A DNA stretch of 64,000 bases, from NCBI RefSeq assembly GCF_006345805.1, contig NC_042997.1:166904001-166968000 (forward strand). The letters are read 5' to 3'. Below are positions 1-10,865 of the stretch, piece by piece. Within the stretch, counting starts at the first letter, position 1, and the number at the start of each line of letters is the position of its first letter. The notes beneath the pieces are model-generated. The model had not been told where the DNA came from. It saw nothing but the letters and a program-made list of their open reading frames with translations, and made no database searches. The DNA is from Octopus sinensis. Lineage: Eukaryota. The translations under genes and the position numbers were made by a program.

Positions 1-1736
1 AAATATAACACTCAAGGAGATTATTATTTTACCGTTTTTCATTGCAGCAGACAATTTCTTTGTTTTAATGAACAAGAAATAAACAATAGGATTCTAAAAA
101 TATCTTTTGATTCGAATAATTATATTTGCATTAAATATTTAATTTTTTTTTAAAATATGTAGTTTCGACATTTTAATATAATGTCGAGGAGCAAACAAAA
201 CAAAAGAGCTCTACCTTGTCTGCTCTCTGCTATTTAACCTCTACAGCACAAGAGATCTTGCAGGCTTTAATAGAAAGGCAAAAGTTGTGTTGAGAGTTCG
301 AAAGCTCTTATATTATTGACGTGCTTGTTTTGAAGACAGAATGAAAGATAATTTTCCGATAGTAACGGAAAGAAAATGTAGATACAGTATAATACCAAAT
401 GACTCTAAAAATTATCGCCTATTGTTATTCAATAAGTTTACTCTGCGACCAACGAAGGAGCCGTGAGTTAACGAGGAAACCTAAATGAGGTCCCTAACAT
501 TATAGAAATAGTAGCCAATCTGCCACAATTAATATTGTGTGAACCATAAGGAGATATACACTGATCAATGTAAATTCTGATGATCAAAAAGACGGGATGC
601 TGATGGCTGAAACGCACATCTGCACTGAATGATGCACCACAATCAGTTGTTCAGAATCTCACTCGCAAGGGACAGATAAACGATGGGTCGAAACGATCGT
701 AGTGATTGATAAAGAATCTCGTGAATTCCATTTTCTCTTTCTCTCATACGTTATATACTGGACGGACACGAAGGAATATCTGAAGTAAATCCAGTGGAAC
801 TTATATCCATATTGTAGATATGTATATACGTGCACACGCACACATATGCGTACAAGCAGTTTCCTCGTTGGCCTTTTTACAAGGGTTGTACTTCACTCGA
901 CGTCTAGGGTTAGGTTTAGGAAGACGGTCTTTAAGTTGGTAGTAACAGTTATAACTAGGCATAGTTTTCGGAAAATATTCTCAAGATTTACAAGATATAC
1001 AGAACAAACAGGTTAATTACAGATGCCAGAGGGAAAGGGCCATCAAGTTAAACTCTAAGGTAGCAGAAGTTGTCTCGATGTATCTGTGAATGAAGAAAGG
1101 AGATTTACGCATTCTAAAGTGTCCTTTGCATATATTCCATAAGATTTATGTAAGTTTTCGCATAAATTTCACAATAATTCGAATAACTAACTCTATAAAA
1201 TCATTTATCATTGTTATGATCATCACTTTTAAAATCTTAAACCCACCTCTACCTCACCCTTCTTCTCTACAAACCTTCTGTGGAAACAAAAGAAATATTC
1301 TGTTGTTTCTCAAATTCCTGTAATATTCTGTTGTGACATTTTCCCATGGCTGAGTCGCAATACTTCTCTTTCATTCTCCCCTCTTGTCTTTTTTTCTGTC
1401 TCTTTGGTCATACGTTTCTTTCTGCTTTTCTTCAAGATTCTCTCTCTCTCTTACTCACTCTTATTGTGTTTCTTTTCTTCACTTCCCCCTTCCTTTAATT
1501 TTTCTTTTTGTTTCTATTTTCCTACTATTATTTTTATTTTATTCTTCTCTCCGTCTGTCTTCTTCTTTACTTCCATCTATCGTTGTTTGTTTTCAACTCT
1601 CCAATTGATTTCTTTAATTCTTTCTTCGTTTCTTGCGTTCTCTATGTTTCAAACCTTCCTTCTCTTTCTCACTCTTTTAAAAATCTTAGTTTTTCTTTGT
1701 TTCTCTGCCTCTTTCTTCTCCCTCTCTTCTTTTGCC

Positions 1737-1830
1737 CCTTCCTTCCTTCCTTCCTTCCTTCCTTCCTTCCTTCCTTCCTTCCTTCCTTCCTTCCTTCCTT
1801 CCTTCCTTCCTTCCTTCCTTCCTTCCTTCC
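1737..1830. repeat. (CCTT)n microsatellite within a ~550-bp pyrimidine-rich tract
   Basis: Perfect ccttcctt array; explains the ORFs at 1404-1951. Confidence 0.97.
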
Positions 1831-1959
1831 CTTTTTTGTTTGTGTGTCTTCTTTCTTTCTTCTTAATTGCTTCTATTTCTGTTTCTTCCAAGCCATTAGA
1901 AAAATCCGTACTATAGTGTCGTAAAAAGCTACGGACAGACTCATACATCACTGTAACAC

Positions 1960-2130
1960 AAAACCGTACACTATGAAGTTTTCAACCTGCTAGAAATAGC
2001 AATCACATCTTTTCCTGTTTCTCACTATATCATCTTAAAAGAGCAAAGATACATTGATTAATGTTGTACTGAATAGATTTGAGCTACAAAAGAGACGAGG
2101 TGGTTACGGCTTGAATGTCTTTGATCAACA
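1960..2130 (+). mobile_element. Degenerate copy of dispersed family D (cctgctagaaatagc ... cctttgatca)
   Basis: Shares aacctgctagaaatagc and gaatgtctttgatca with the copy at 36700-36900 and others. Confidence 0.6.
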
Positions 2131-2620
2131 ACAATTACATAGAAGAGAACAGTGCACCGTCAACATCAAAAGCTGTAAAAAATAACGACACAGTATTGTA
2201 AGATATTACGTAACATACACAGCTGTAAGTATCGCACCCCTGATAGATGGAAAAGCAGAAAATTTGTCAAAGGTTTTGGAGTAGGGCAAAGTTTTAACCA
2301 ACTATATACTGAGGCATTAGAGTGGAATTCGACATAATGTGGAATACCATATCTATAACTGTGAAACTGTCTAAAATCATAAGTCAAGCGCTGGTTTTCC
2401 CATTAATGGAATCCTAGTGTTATTTTGAAAATTTAAGAAATTATATAAAGAATATACAAGATTTCGTGAAAGCCACGAATGTAAAATAATACTTGTAAAA
2501 TAGTATTATAAAGATCATAATATATTACTATACAACGGTGCATGTGTAGATCCAGTTGGTGATATATAACCGTGAAACGGATTAAGACTATCTATCTAGT
2601 ATGCCATTGCGAGATTAGAA

Positions 2621-3463
2621 CTCAGAACTCAAAAAGTGGGAACAAATACGGCAGGGTTGCAATGTTTCTTTCGGTCTTTTGAGTTTTGAGTTCAAATTCT
2701 CTTTGAGAATATACGACTGCCGGCATTGGGTCCAACGTTTTTATATTTCAGCAAATTCTCCCACACTTGATTAATAATTTATTTTATCGATGAAAGGTGA
2801 AATTGACTGTGGCAAGATTTGAACTCAGAGCCACCAGAGAGTCGAAACAAACATTGAGAGGCATTGTTTTCAACACTTTAGCATTCTGCCGAATCGCTGC
2901 CTTAAATGCTATTTCTTTACTACCAACAAGGGGCTAAACACAGAGAGGACAAACAAGGAGAGACAAACGGATTAAGTCGATTATATCGACACCAGTGCGT
3001 AACTGGTACTTATTTAATCGACCCCGAAAGGATGAAAGGCAAAGTCGACCTCGGCGGAATTTGAACTCAGAACGTAGCGGCAGACGAAATACTTATTTCT
3101 TTACTACCCACAAGGGTCTAAACACAGAGAGGACAAACAAGGACAGACAAACGGATTAAGTCGATTATATCGACCCCAGTGCGTAACTGGTACTTAATTT
3201 ATCGATCCCGAAAGGATGAAAGGCAAAGTCGACCTTGGTGGAATTTGAACTCAGAACGTAACGGCAGACAAAATACGGCTACGCATTTCGCCCGGCGTGC
3301 TAACGTTTCTGCCAGCTCGCCGCTCTTCGCTGCCTTAATTGCGTTAGACGACTAATGAAGAATATGCATCACATTTTGGTGATTAAAAAAAGGCTTTTAG
3401 ACTGAAATTAAGGTCTGGGTAATTTTTTTTAGCTTTTAGACAGTTGAACTATGTGAGTTTTCT
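2621..3463 (+). repeat. Duplicated segment B, copy 1 (paralog of 7439-8048)
   Basis: Colinear match from ctcagaactc to atgtgagttttct once copy-specific SINEs are removed. Confidence 0.9.
2910..3323 (-). mobile_element. Family A (Nin-like tRNA SINE) dimer
   Basis: Reverse-complement of A box tggcagaaacgttag, B box gttcaaattc and gcctttcatcctttcggggtcgat core; two units; flanking direct repeat tcgctgccttaa at 2894-2905 and 3327-3338. Confidence 0.95.
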
Positions 3464-3550
3464 GCAGTGATTGAGGATTGTAATTAATGACTGAGATGAC
3501 GGGGATCTGGGTTGTATTCACAGATCTTACAGATGTTGAATTTCTTTCAG

Positions 3551-3630
3551 AAATCCAAGGCTTCAAGATGGTATTTAAGGAATCACGCAACATAACTAAA
3601 ACACATGAAGACAAAAATAAAAACGATTGC
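3551..3630 (+). CDS. Candidate internal exon (E)IQGFKMVFKESRNITKTHEDKNKNDC, unknown protein
   Basis: tttctttcag acceptor, GC|gtaaga donor, one open frame; no recognised homology. Confidence 0.2.
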
Positions 3631-4169
3631 GTAAGAATAGACAAACAGAAAAAAAAAACAATGAATACCTAATACAAACATCAAGAATAATAGTACAAAG
3701 AAATAAATAAGTAACTGAACAGCAGAACAGATAAAATTAAACAACAAAGCTATGTTATTCGTTAATTTCATTTTGTTCTGTTTTGCTATTGTTTTCTTTA
3801 CTCAGATTTCATGTTGTTTGTGTTTCCAAACCATTTATTTAGCGACTGGCTCTAACTGTTTACCATAACATCGTGACAATAAAGACACACTCTCCGCTTC
3901 TATGACACCCGTCTGAATACCACAGCACTTCCTTTGAAAATAAAAACAACAAAAACTACACCACCACCACCAACAACAACATCAGCACCACCAACAACAA
4001 CAGCAACAACAACAAAGATAACGATTGCCCAAGTCAGCATAAAGCTTCAAATTGCTGAGAAATGGGAATAGTCCATCTAAACGTCTCGCTGTTATATTAC
4101 AATAATAAGTATATGCTTTCAAACTCACGAAGGATCTTTAAAAGAGGGTACTTAGCTTTGTTTTTATAG

Positions 4170-4329
4170 CGCAAAGTGGATGAGAAATGAATCTCCACTT
4201 GGAGAAGCTGCTAGCCTTAAACCAAATAACATTCCCAGATGCTTTATTGACAATTCCTCTACCGTAGATAAACTATGGTACGATACAATACATGCTTTGC
4301 CTAGAAACACAGTGAAACGGCACCACTAT
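4170..4329 (+). CDS. Candidate internal exon AKWMRNESPLGEAASLKPNNIPRCFIDNSSTVDKLWYDTIHALPRNTVKRHHY, unknown protein
   Basis: ctttgtttttatag acceptor, AT|gtaagt donor, 53 open codons in non-repetitive sequence. Confidence 0.35.
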
Positions 4330-5140
4330 GTAAGTAACAATGAAACTTATAGCATCATTACAACCATCATCGCAACTACCAACTGCAGCGATAGCAACAA
4401 CACACCACCAACAAATCGACTTATACATAAATAATTAGGTTATCCATAGTTCAGTCAAAAATCTGACTATTAGGACATGGGAATGCATGTTCGTATCTTA
4501 CCAACATCTATTGATATCTGTAGATATCCAAACTTCATCTGAAGCTTCTGCGTTATAAGCTATGACATTCCAAAACAGCGAATAAACATGGTAGATTATT
4601 CAATTCGATATACGAATAGGGCATTTGGGAACTTCATTCGGTTAAACGCTTCGAATTGTTGGAGTGGATTTAAAAGATTTTTACTCCAACCACACCTTAT
4701 CTGTTATTTTGACACAAACCCAACATCACGAAGCTGTCATTAAGTCTTCATTAGAGGGAGGGAGAGACAGAGGAAGAAAGAAGTAGGAGAAACATTACGG
4801 ATTCTGCCAAGACAGCACTCTAATAATTAAAAGCGAAAACAATTAATAACTATTTCAAATAGTCTTAAGTCCTGTGACCATTTCTTGATGATTTATGGTA
4901 AAATAAACTCAAACTTGTCAAAATGCATGAAAAATAAATAAATACATAAATAAATAGATAAACAATAATATTGAAATGAAAACATAAGCTAAATAAATCG
5001 TAATGCACATAAACATTCACAATATTACACTCCTTCCATATATACGCATACATATACACACTTCTGCGTGCGCTCGAGAGTGTATGTGTATAAGTGTGTG
5101 TGTTTAGCTATATTTACAATGCGTTTATATGTATATGTAG

Positions 5141-5216
<76 letters not shown>

Positions 5217-5428
5217 AATATATATATATAGTATATATATATATATATATATACACACACATAGGCAAAATTTTTTTATTACCATATATACACATCGACA
5301 TGTTGAGAGAAATTGAAAGAGAGACAGACAGAGGGGGGGCAGGGAGAGAGTATTATAGAGATACATACATAAAAGTTTGCTTTTCATATTTTGTCACGTA
5401 TTCATGCAAATTTTGGCATACACATGTG

Positions 5429-5485
<57 letters not shown>
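5141..5485. repeat. (TA)n and (TG)n microsatellites
   Basis: Arrays at about 5141-5260 and 5433-5485. Confidence 0.95.
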
Positions 5486-5486
<1 letters not shown>

Positions 5487-5634
5487 CTGTGTGTGCATGT
5501 CTATATTTTTCACATGCGCAAGGTTGACAACTATTTCGAAGTTTAGGCTTCGAAGCATTTGTCCTTTAAGCCTGACAAAGGGAACAAAGCCAAAACGCTC
5601 GAGTTTTCCTATGTAGAAACAATATATATATATA

Positions 5635-6023
5635 CTAGCATACCCGTGGCGTAAAAAATGCCGACAGTTTTATTAATGATAGAATCTATATATTACGTAT
5701 GTTTGATCTATGTATGTACGTATGTGTGCAATTATATATATATATATATATATACATACACACACAATAATCTATTTTCAACTTTTATTTGAATGTGGTC
5801 ACATCAGTAGTGTCTATCCCTTGTCTAATCTCAAATAAACACGTAACCAATTCGGTAACATTCACATAAAAAAGTAGTAAGGCCAGAGGACTGGAAACTG
5901 TTTGCGCATTATATACTGTTTTCTCCCCTACCCTCTCTAAGGGTCATTTTTGTATTACATGTCCTTTTTCTCTCTCGTTATTTGCGTATTTAACTCATTT
6001 GTTTTCGTATTTCATGATGGTGC

Positions 6024-6058
<35 letters not shown>

Positions 6059-6174
6059 TGCATATATATATATATTATTATTTAATTGAACGCCTCGCAT
6101 CCATTTCCAAATATATACCTATATATATAAATATAAAAGGTTATTAATAATGGTAATAGTAATATATATAAGGA
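5635..6174 (-). mobile_element. Possible non-autonomous Helitron relic
   Basis: Minus strand ends ggc-N9-gcc...gctag|t; possible a|tcc 5' end at 6174; interior unverified. Confidence 0.3.
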
Positions 6175-6180
6175 TATGTG

Positions 6181-6370
6181 TGTGTTTCTGTCTGTGTTTG
6201 TCTTTCACGACTTCTCGACAACTAGTGTTGGTGTGTTTACGTCTCCGTAATTTTGCGGTTCGGCAAAAGACACAGATAAAGTGCTATGTTTAAAAATTGT
6301 GTACTGGGACCGATTCAATCGGCTAAAAATTCTTCAAGGCAGTGTCCCTGCATGGTTGTAATCTAATGAC
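6181..6370 (+). mobile_element. Family B SINE, degenerate 3' half
   Basis: ggtgtgtttacgtctccgtaattttgcggttcggcaaaag matches the full copy at 21064-21511. Confidence 0.8.
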
Positions 6371-6437
6371 ACACATGCATACATACATGCATACATACAT
6401 ACATACATACATACATACATACATACATACACACATA

Positions 6438-6680
6438 CTTGTTTCAGTCATTAGAGTGAAACCATGCTGGGGCACTTCATTGAAGAAGTTTTATAGTCGA
6501 ATGAATCGAACCCAATATTAATTTATTTTTAAGCTTGGTACTTATTTTATCGGGTTTCTCTCATTTTCTGTCTACCAAATCCATTCACCAAGCTTTTGTC
6601 GGCCTAAGGTGCCACGCAGTGGGACTGGACCCAGAACCCTGTGATTGGGAAGCAAACTTCTTACCACACAGTCACGCTTG
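6438..6680 (-). mobile_element. Family B SINE, internally deleted
   Basis: Tail (cttgtttcagtcat), ctaccaaatcc segment and head (cttcttaccacacag) present; middle missing. Confidence 0.8.
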
Positions 6681-6967
6681 AGATTGTTCCAAGTTCACCG
6701 TCGCTATTTATAAAAACCTTACAAGAAGTTCTCGGAATGCGTCTTTGCAGCTAATTTTTCATTTACACACTGAGTCGTATTAATTATCCTAGCCCGCGAG
6801 ACATCGTCAGGACGTTGTTTAGTTGAATAAACAATCGTCTCTACATTTCTGCATGAAAAACAGTTGGAGCAATTATTAATCAAAAAAGAAAAAAAAAATG
6901 CATACGTTGGCACTGAATAAATATTGTTCATTAAAATCAGTGCTATATCTAACACTAGGATTAGATA

Positions 6968-7196
6968 AGGCGGCGAGCTGGCAGAAACGTTAGCACGCCG
7001 GGCGAAATACGTAGCCGTATTTCGTCTGTCGTTACGTTCTGAGTTCAAATTCCGCCGAAGTCTACTTTGCCTTTCATCCTTTCGGAGTCGATAAATTAAG
7101 TACCAGTTACGCACCAGTTAAGACAAACGACTTAATCCGTTTGTCTGTCCTTGTTTGTCCCCTCTATGTTTAGCCCCTTGTGGGTAATAAAGAAAC
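6968..7196 (+). mobile_element. Family A SINE monomer
   Basis: Near-consensus full length; absent from the paralogous site at 8047-8075. Confidence 0.95.
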
Positions 7197-7197
7197 A

Positions 7198-7442
7198 ATT
7201 AATAATGATCTATACAATCTTTAAAGGTAGTGCTCCCGCATGGCCGCACTCCAGTATGTGAAACTAATAAACGCTCATAAATAAGCCCTCACCTCATTAT
7301 CTTTAGTACACACGCGTCTTCCCGTGTTTCGGTTGCCGTTATGATTTCTGTTGCTTTTGTTGTTGGTGTTGTTTTTGCTGTTATTGTTGTTCACATATTT
7401 TTAGATAATAAAAAAGAGTCAAACATCAGGATCCCCACCTCA
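7198..7442 (+). repeat. Duplicated segment A, copy 1 (paralog of 8066-8313)
   Basis: Direct match with roughly 13-15 differences in ~245 bp, counted by eye. Confidence 0.95.
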
Positions 7443-8048
7443 GAACTCAAAGAGTTGGAACAAATACGGCAGGGTGCAATGTTTCTTCCGCTTTTTGAGT
7501 TTTGAGTTCAAATTCTCTTTGAGAATATAAGACTGCCGGCATCCGGTCCAACATTTTTATATTTCAGCAAATTCCCCCCATACTTGATTAATAATTAATT
7601 TTATCGAAGAAAGGTGAAATTAACTGCCGTAAGATTTGAACTCAGAGCCATCAGAGAGTCGGAACAAACATTGTTAGGCATTGTTTTCAACACTTTAGCA
7701 TTCTGCCAGCTCGCCGCCTTAATTGCGTTAGACGATTAATGAAGAATATGCATCACATTTTGGTGATTAAAAAAGGCTTTTAAACTGCTGGCAGAAACGT
7801 TAGCACGCCGGGCGAAATGCGTCTGCCGTTACGTTCTGAATTCAAATTCTGCCAAGGTCGACTTTGCTTTTCATCCTTTCGGGATCCATAAATTAAGTAC
7901 CAGTTACGCATTGGAGTCGATATAATCGACTTAATCCGTTTGTCTGTCCTTGTTTGTCCTCTCTGTGCTTAGCCCCTTGTGGGTAGTAAAGAAATAAAGG
8001 TTTGGGTAATTTTTTAGCTTTTAAACAATTGAAATATGTGAGTTTTCT
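7439..8048 (+). repeat. Duplicated segment B, copy 2
   Basis: Matches 2621-3463; lacks the 2910 SINE and carries its own SINE at 7787. Confidence 0.9.
7787..7996 (+). mobile_element. Family A SINE monomer, slightly 5'-truncated
   Basis: Core and tail present; empty site tagactgaaattaagg visible in copy 1 near 3400-3415. Confidence 0.93.
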
Positions 8049-8313
8049 ACATCTAGCACTAGGATTAATAATGATGTGTTAGAATCTTTAAAAGCAGCGC
8101 TCTCGCATGGCCGCACTCCAGTATGTGAAACTAATAAACGCTCGTAAACAAGCCCTCACCTCATTCTCTTTAGTACACACGCGTCTCCCCGTGTTTCGGT
8201 TGCCGTTATGATTTCTGTTGCTTTTGTTGTTGGTGTTGTTGTTTTTTGCTGTTATTGTTGTTCACATATTTTTAGATAATAGAAAAGAGTCAAACATCAG
8301 GATCCCCACCTCA
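8047..8313 (+). repeat. Duplicated segment A, copy 2
   Basis: Matches 6943-6962 plus 7198-7442 without the SINE. Confidence 0.95.
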
Positions 8314-8670
8314 ACCTCCTTTGTCCTTTGTCTACCTAATTGTGATCACCTGTTTCTGCTTTTTATCGTTGCCCTATTCACATTTCAACATTCAGCCGCC
8401 CCTCACACGCCCAATACCGCATTCCCTCCTATTTTCCGCATCCACCACCCACAGCTAAAATACCTGAATCTGACACCTGTGTGGAGTTAAAAGCAACTTT
8501 CTTTGACCTAGACAAGCCCTACCTATTTAACTTTTCTTATTACCTTTGACATTGCTCTTTCTTGCTTCCCCCCATCACACCGCATGCTTCCTGGTGGGTG
8601 CGCACGTGTGCTATGTCAGTGCGCGAGTGTCTGTGTGTGAGCATGTTTGCATATGTGTGTGTGAGTGCGT

Positions 8671-8712
<42 letters not shown>

Positions 8713-8960
8713 ATGTTTGCATGTATGTGTATGTATGTGTGTATACATGTAGATTTAACGGTAGCTATTTGTAAGCGTACAAGTATACATGTTTATTTCT
8801 ATCTGCGTTTATTATGTGTATATATATCTATGTGTGTGTGTCTATACATACATGCTTAATACTTACACACATACGCACGCATACAGACACGTATATTTAT
8901 ACACACATAGACATATATGTACGCATACATATATATACGTAAAACATATATATATAGATA

Positions 8961-9193
8961 CAGGGTTTTTAAAAAGTCTCTCCGCAGTGAAATTTTTTCA
9001 TCCTGCGCATCACCATGGTGCTACTTCAAGATGTTTTCGGTGAACGGATTATTTCGAAGGGACTTGGGCCACCAAGATCACTTGATTTAACACCGCCAGG
9101 TTTTTTCTTCTGGGGAGTAAGTAAAGGACCAGTGTAGAAGAATCGACCAAAGACCATTAAATACTTACTGCGGAGAGACTTTATGAACACCCT

Positions 9194-9194
<1 letters not shown>
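8961..9194 (+). mobile_element. Internally deleted Tc1/mariner-superfamily transposon with both TIRs
   Basis: Left cagggtttttaaaaagtctctccgcagt matches reverse complement of right actgcggagagactttatgaacacccta; TA flanks; interior translates [29 protein letters not shown], resembling the WPPRSPDL..DFFLWG motif. Confidence 0.9.
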
Positions 9195-9470
<276 letters not shown>

Positions 9471-9689
9471 CCTACGCTTGAATACTTGTGTGTATGTTGG
9501 AAGGGGTATGTTCGTTCATGCGAGACAGAGCTCACCGGTTAATCTGTACGGGTATATGTAAACTGAGCTCAGGTGACTTGATACAATATCTATAGACATA
9601 GCGTATATCCAGGTATTATTCTATTTACAGAAATATAAAAAAAGCTATTAAAATCGTTTGTGTTTTCAAACATTTCCCTCATCAAATAC

Positions 9690-10250
9690 CTACAATACGA
9701 AGAGAAGGTATGGTGGAATACTTATGTTACGGAGAGGAAGGAGCAAGGATAGTTATTTAGCTCAGCGCCTGGAGATAGTGTGCAGTTTGGTGTACAAGAT
9801 ATGGTTAAAGAAATGAGAAAACTGAATAGATGTAGCATGTGGCCATCCAGCTCCGATGAGGAGAATAAACACTAAGTTTCAGAGCCAGAAGCCTGAGTGT
9901 GTTGGCGAGCAACTTCATTGTTTAATGACACAGTCTGTTATGTTCGCATGTGGTGTGGAAGTATGGCGGCGGCATTCCAGAGTGGGTCTCACCTGAGCTT
10001 TGTATATGATTACTAATTATTAGGTACACAAGTATTTTCTTACTCTGATAAAGAAAACCAATATTTGCAAAGCTACCATGATAAGGAAAACCAAATATTG
10101 CAAAACTACCATGTCTAAATCAACAGCAACCAGATGCTTATCACCGGCCCATGTATAATGGAGTCTTCGATTTTGAATGGGGCAGTGAGGTACTATCCCG
10201 TTTTGCCTTCAGATGCAAATCTGATCTCAACGAATTTGACTTCATATTAC
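9690..10250 (-). pseudogene. Decayed CR1/Jockey-like LINE, 3' part of RT ORF
   Basis: Minus frames give IGFLYQSKK and IIYKAQVRPTLE, typical post-RT motifs; internal 33-bp tandem duplication at 10047-10112. Confidence 0.65.
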
Positions 10251-10379
10251 CAGCTGCAGGTGACATTAGTTTTTGTTTCCATTGTACCTACATGCAACTT
10301 TCTTTGTGCGCATGCGTCGCCCTCTGAACATTTCGATTTTAGATGCTTATACTCTTGTATGTTACCGTACATCTGTTGA

Positions 10380-10660
10380 TCTCCTGCATGAACTCACATG
10401 CTTTGCGCAGACAAATATTTCTTTCTTTCTTTTTCAGCGAGCCCTTTCTTTTCTTACAGCGCTTTATTCCGTTTCTCGGCCACTCTTGCAACATTTGCTT
10501 TACCCAAGCCGTTGTTGTTTTTATTTGATTCCGGAATTGCGCAAAACAAATTTAACTTCAGTAAGATCTGTACGTAAAGAAACGCAACAAAATACTACAA
10601 GATATTTTGTCCGGTCTTTCACTGATTCTGTAAATTCTTCGTCTTAGAAGGGAATCAATG
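10380..10660 (-). pseudogene. Possible decayed RTE (BovB-like) LINE ORF fragment
   Basis: IPF*DEEFTESVKDR...DLTEVKFVLRNSGIK and AEKRNKAL*EKKGLAEKERKKYL resemble the RTE endonuclease-RT linker as I recall it. Confidence 0.35.
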
Positions 10661-10748
10661 AAGTAAGAAACCAACATAAAGTGCAGGTTATAGAGTTTGT
10701 CTATGGAGACCACATCCCAAATTGTTTCTAGTTGTTCTGCTCTTGCAG

Positions 10749-10865
10749 TTCATCAGGGTTATATTTATAGACATCGTCGAGTCGGCGGCTGGCTATATCT
10801 ATCGAGCAATATATCGAAGGTTCGACGTGGAAATTGCAAAATGACCCGACCATGTACCAAATATG
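10749..10865 (+). CDS. Candidate symmetric (phase 1/1) exon HQGYIYRHRRVGGWLYLSSNISKVRRGNCKMTRPCTKY
   Basis: ttgttctgctcttgcag acceptor and TG|gtaaac donor; may instead be antisense of LINE remnant. Confidence 0.2.

Noticed and set aside
900-920. Telomere-like agggttaggtttagg
   Set aside because: Only about two imperfect units; not an interstitial telomere array.
1404-1951. ORFs of 100-170 aa
   Set aside because: Translations of the (CCTT)n and pyrimidine tract, giving PSFL/GRKE repeats.
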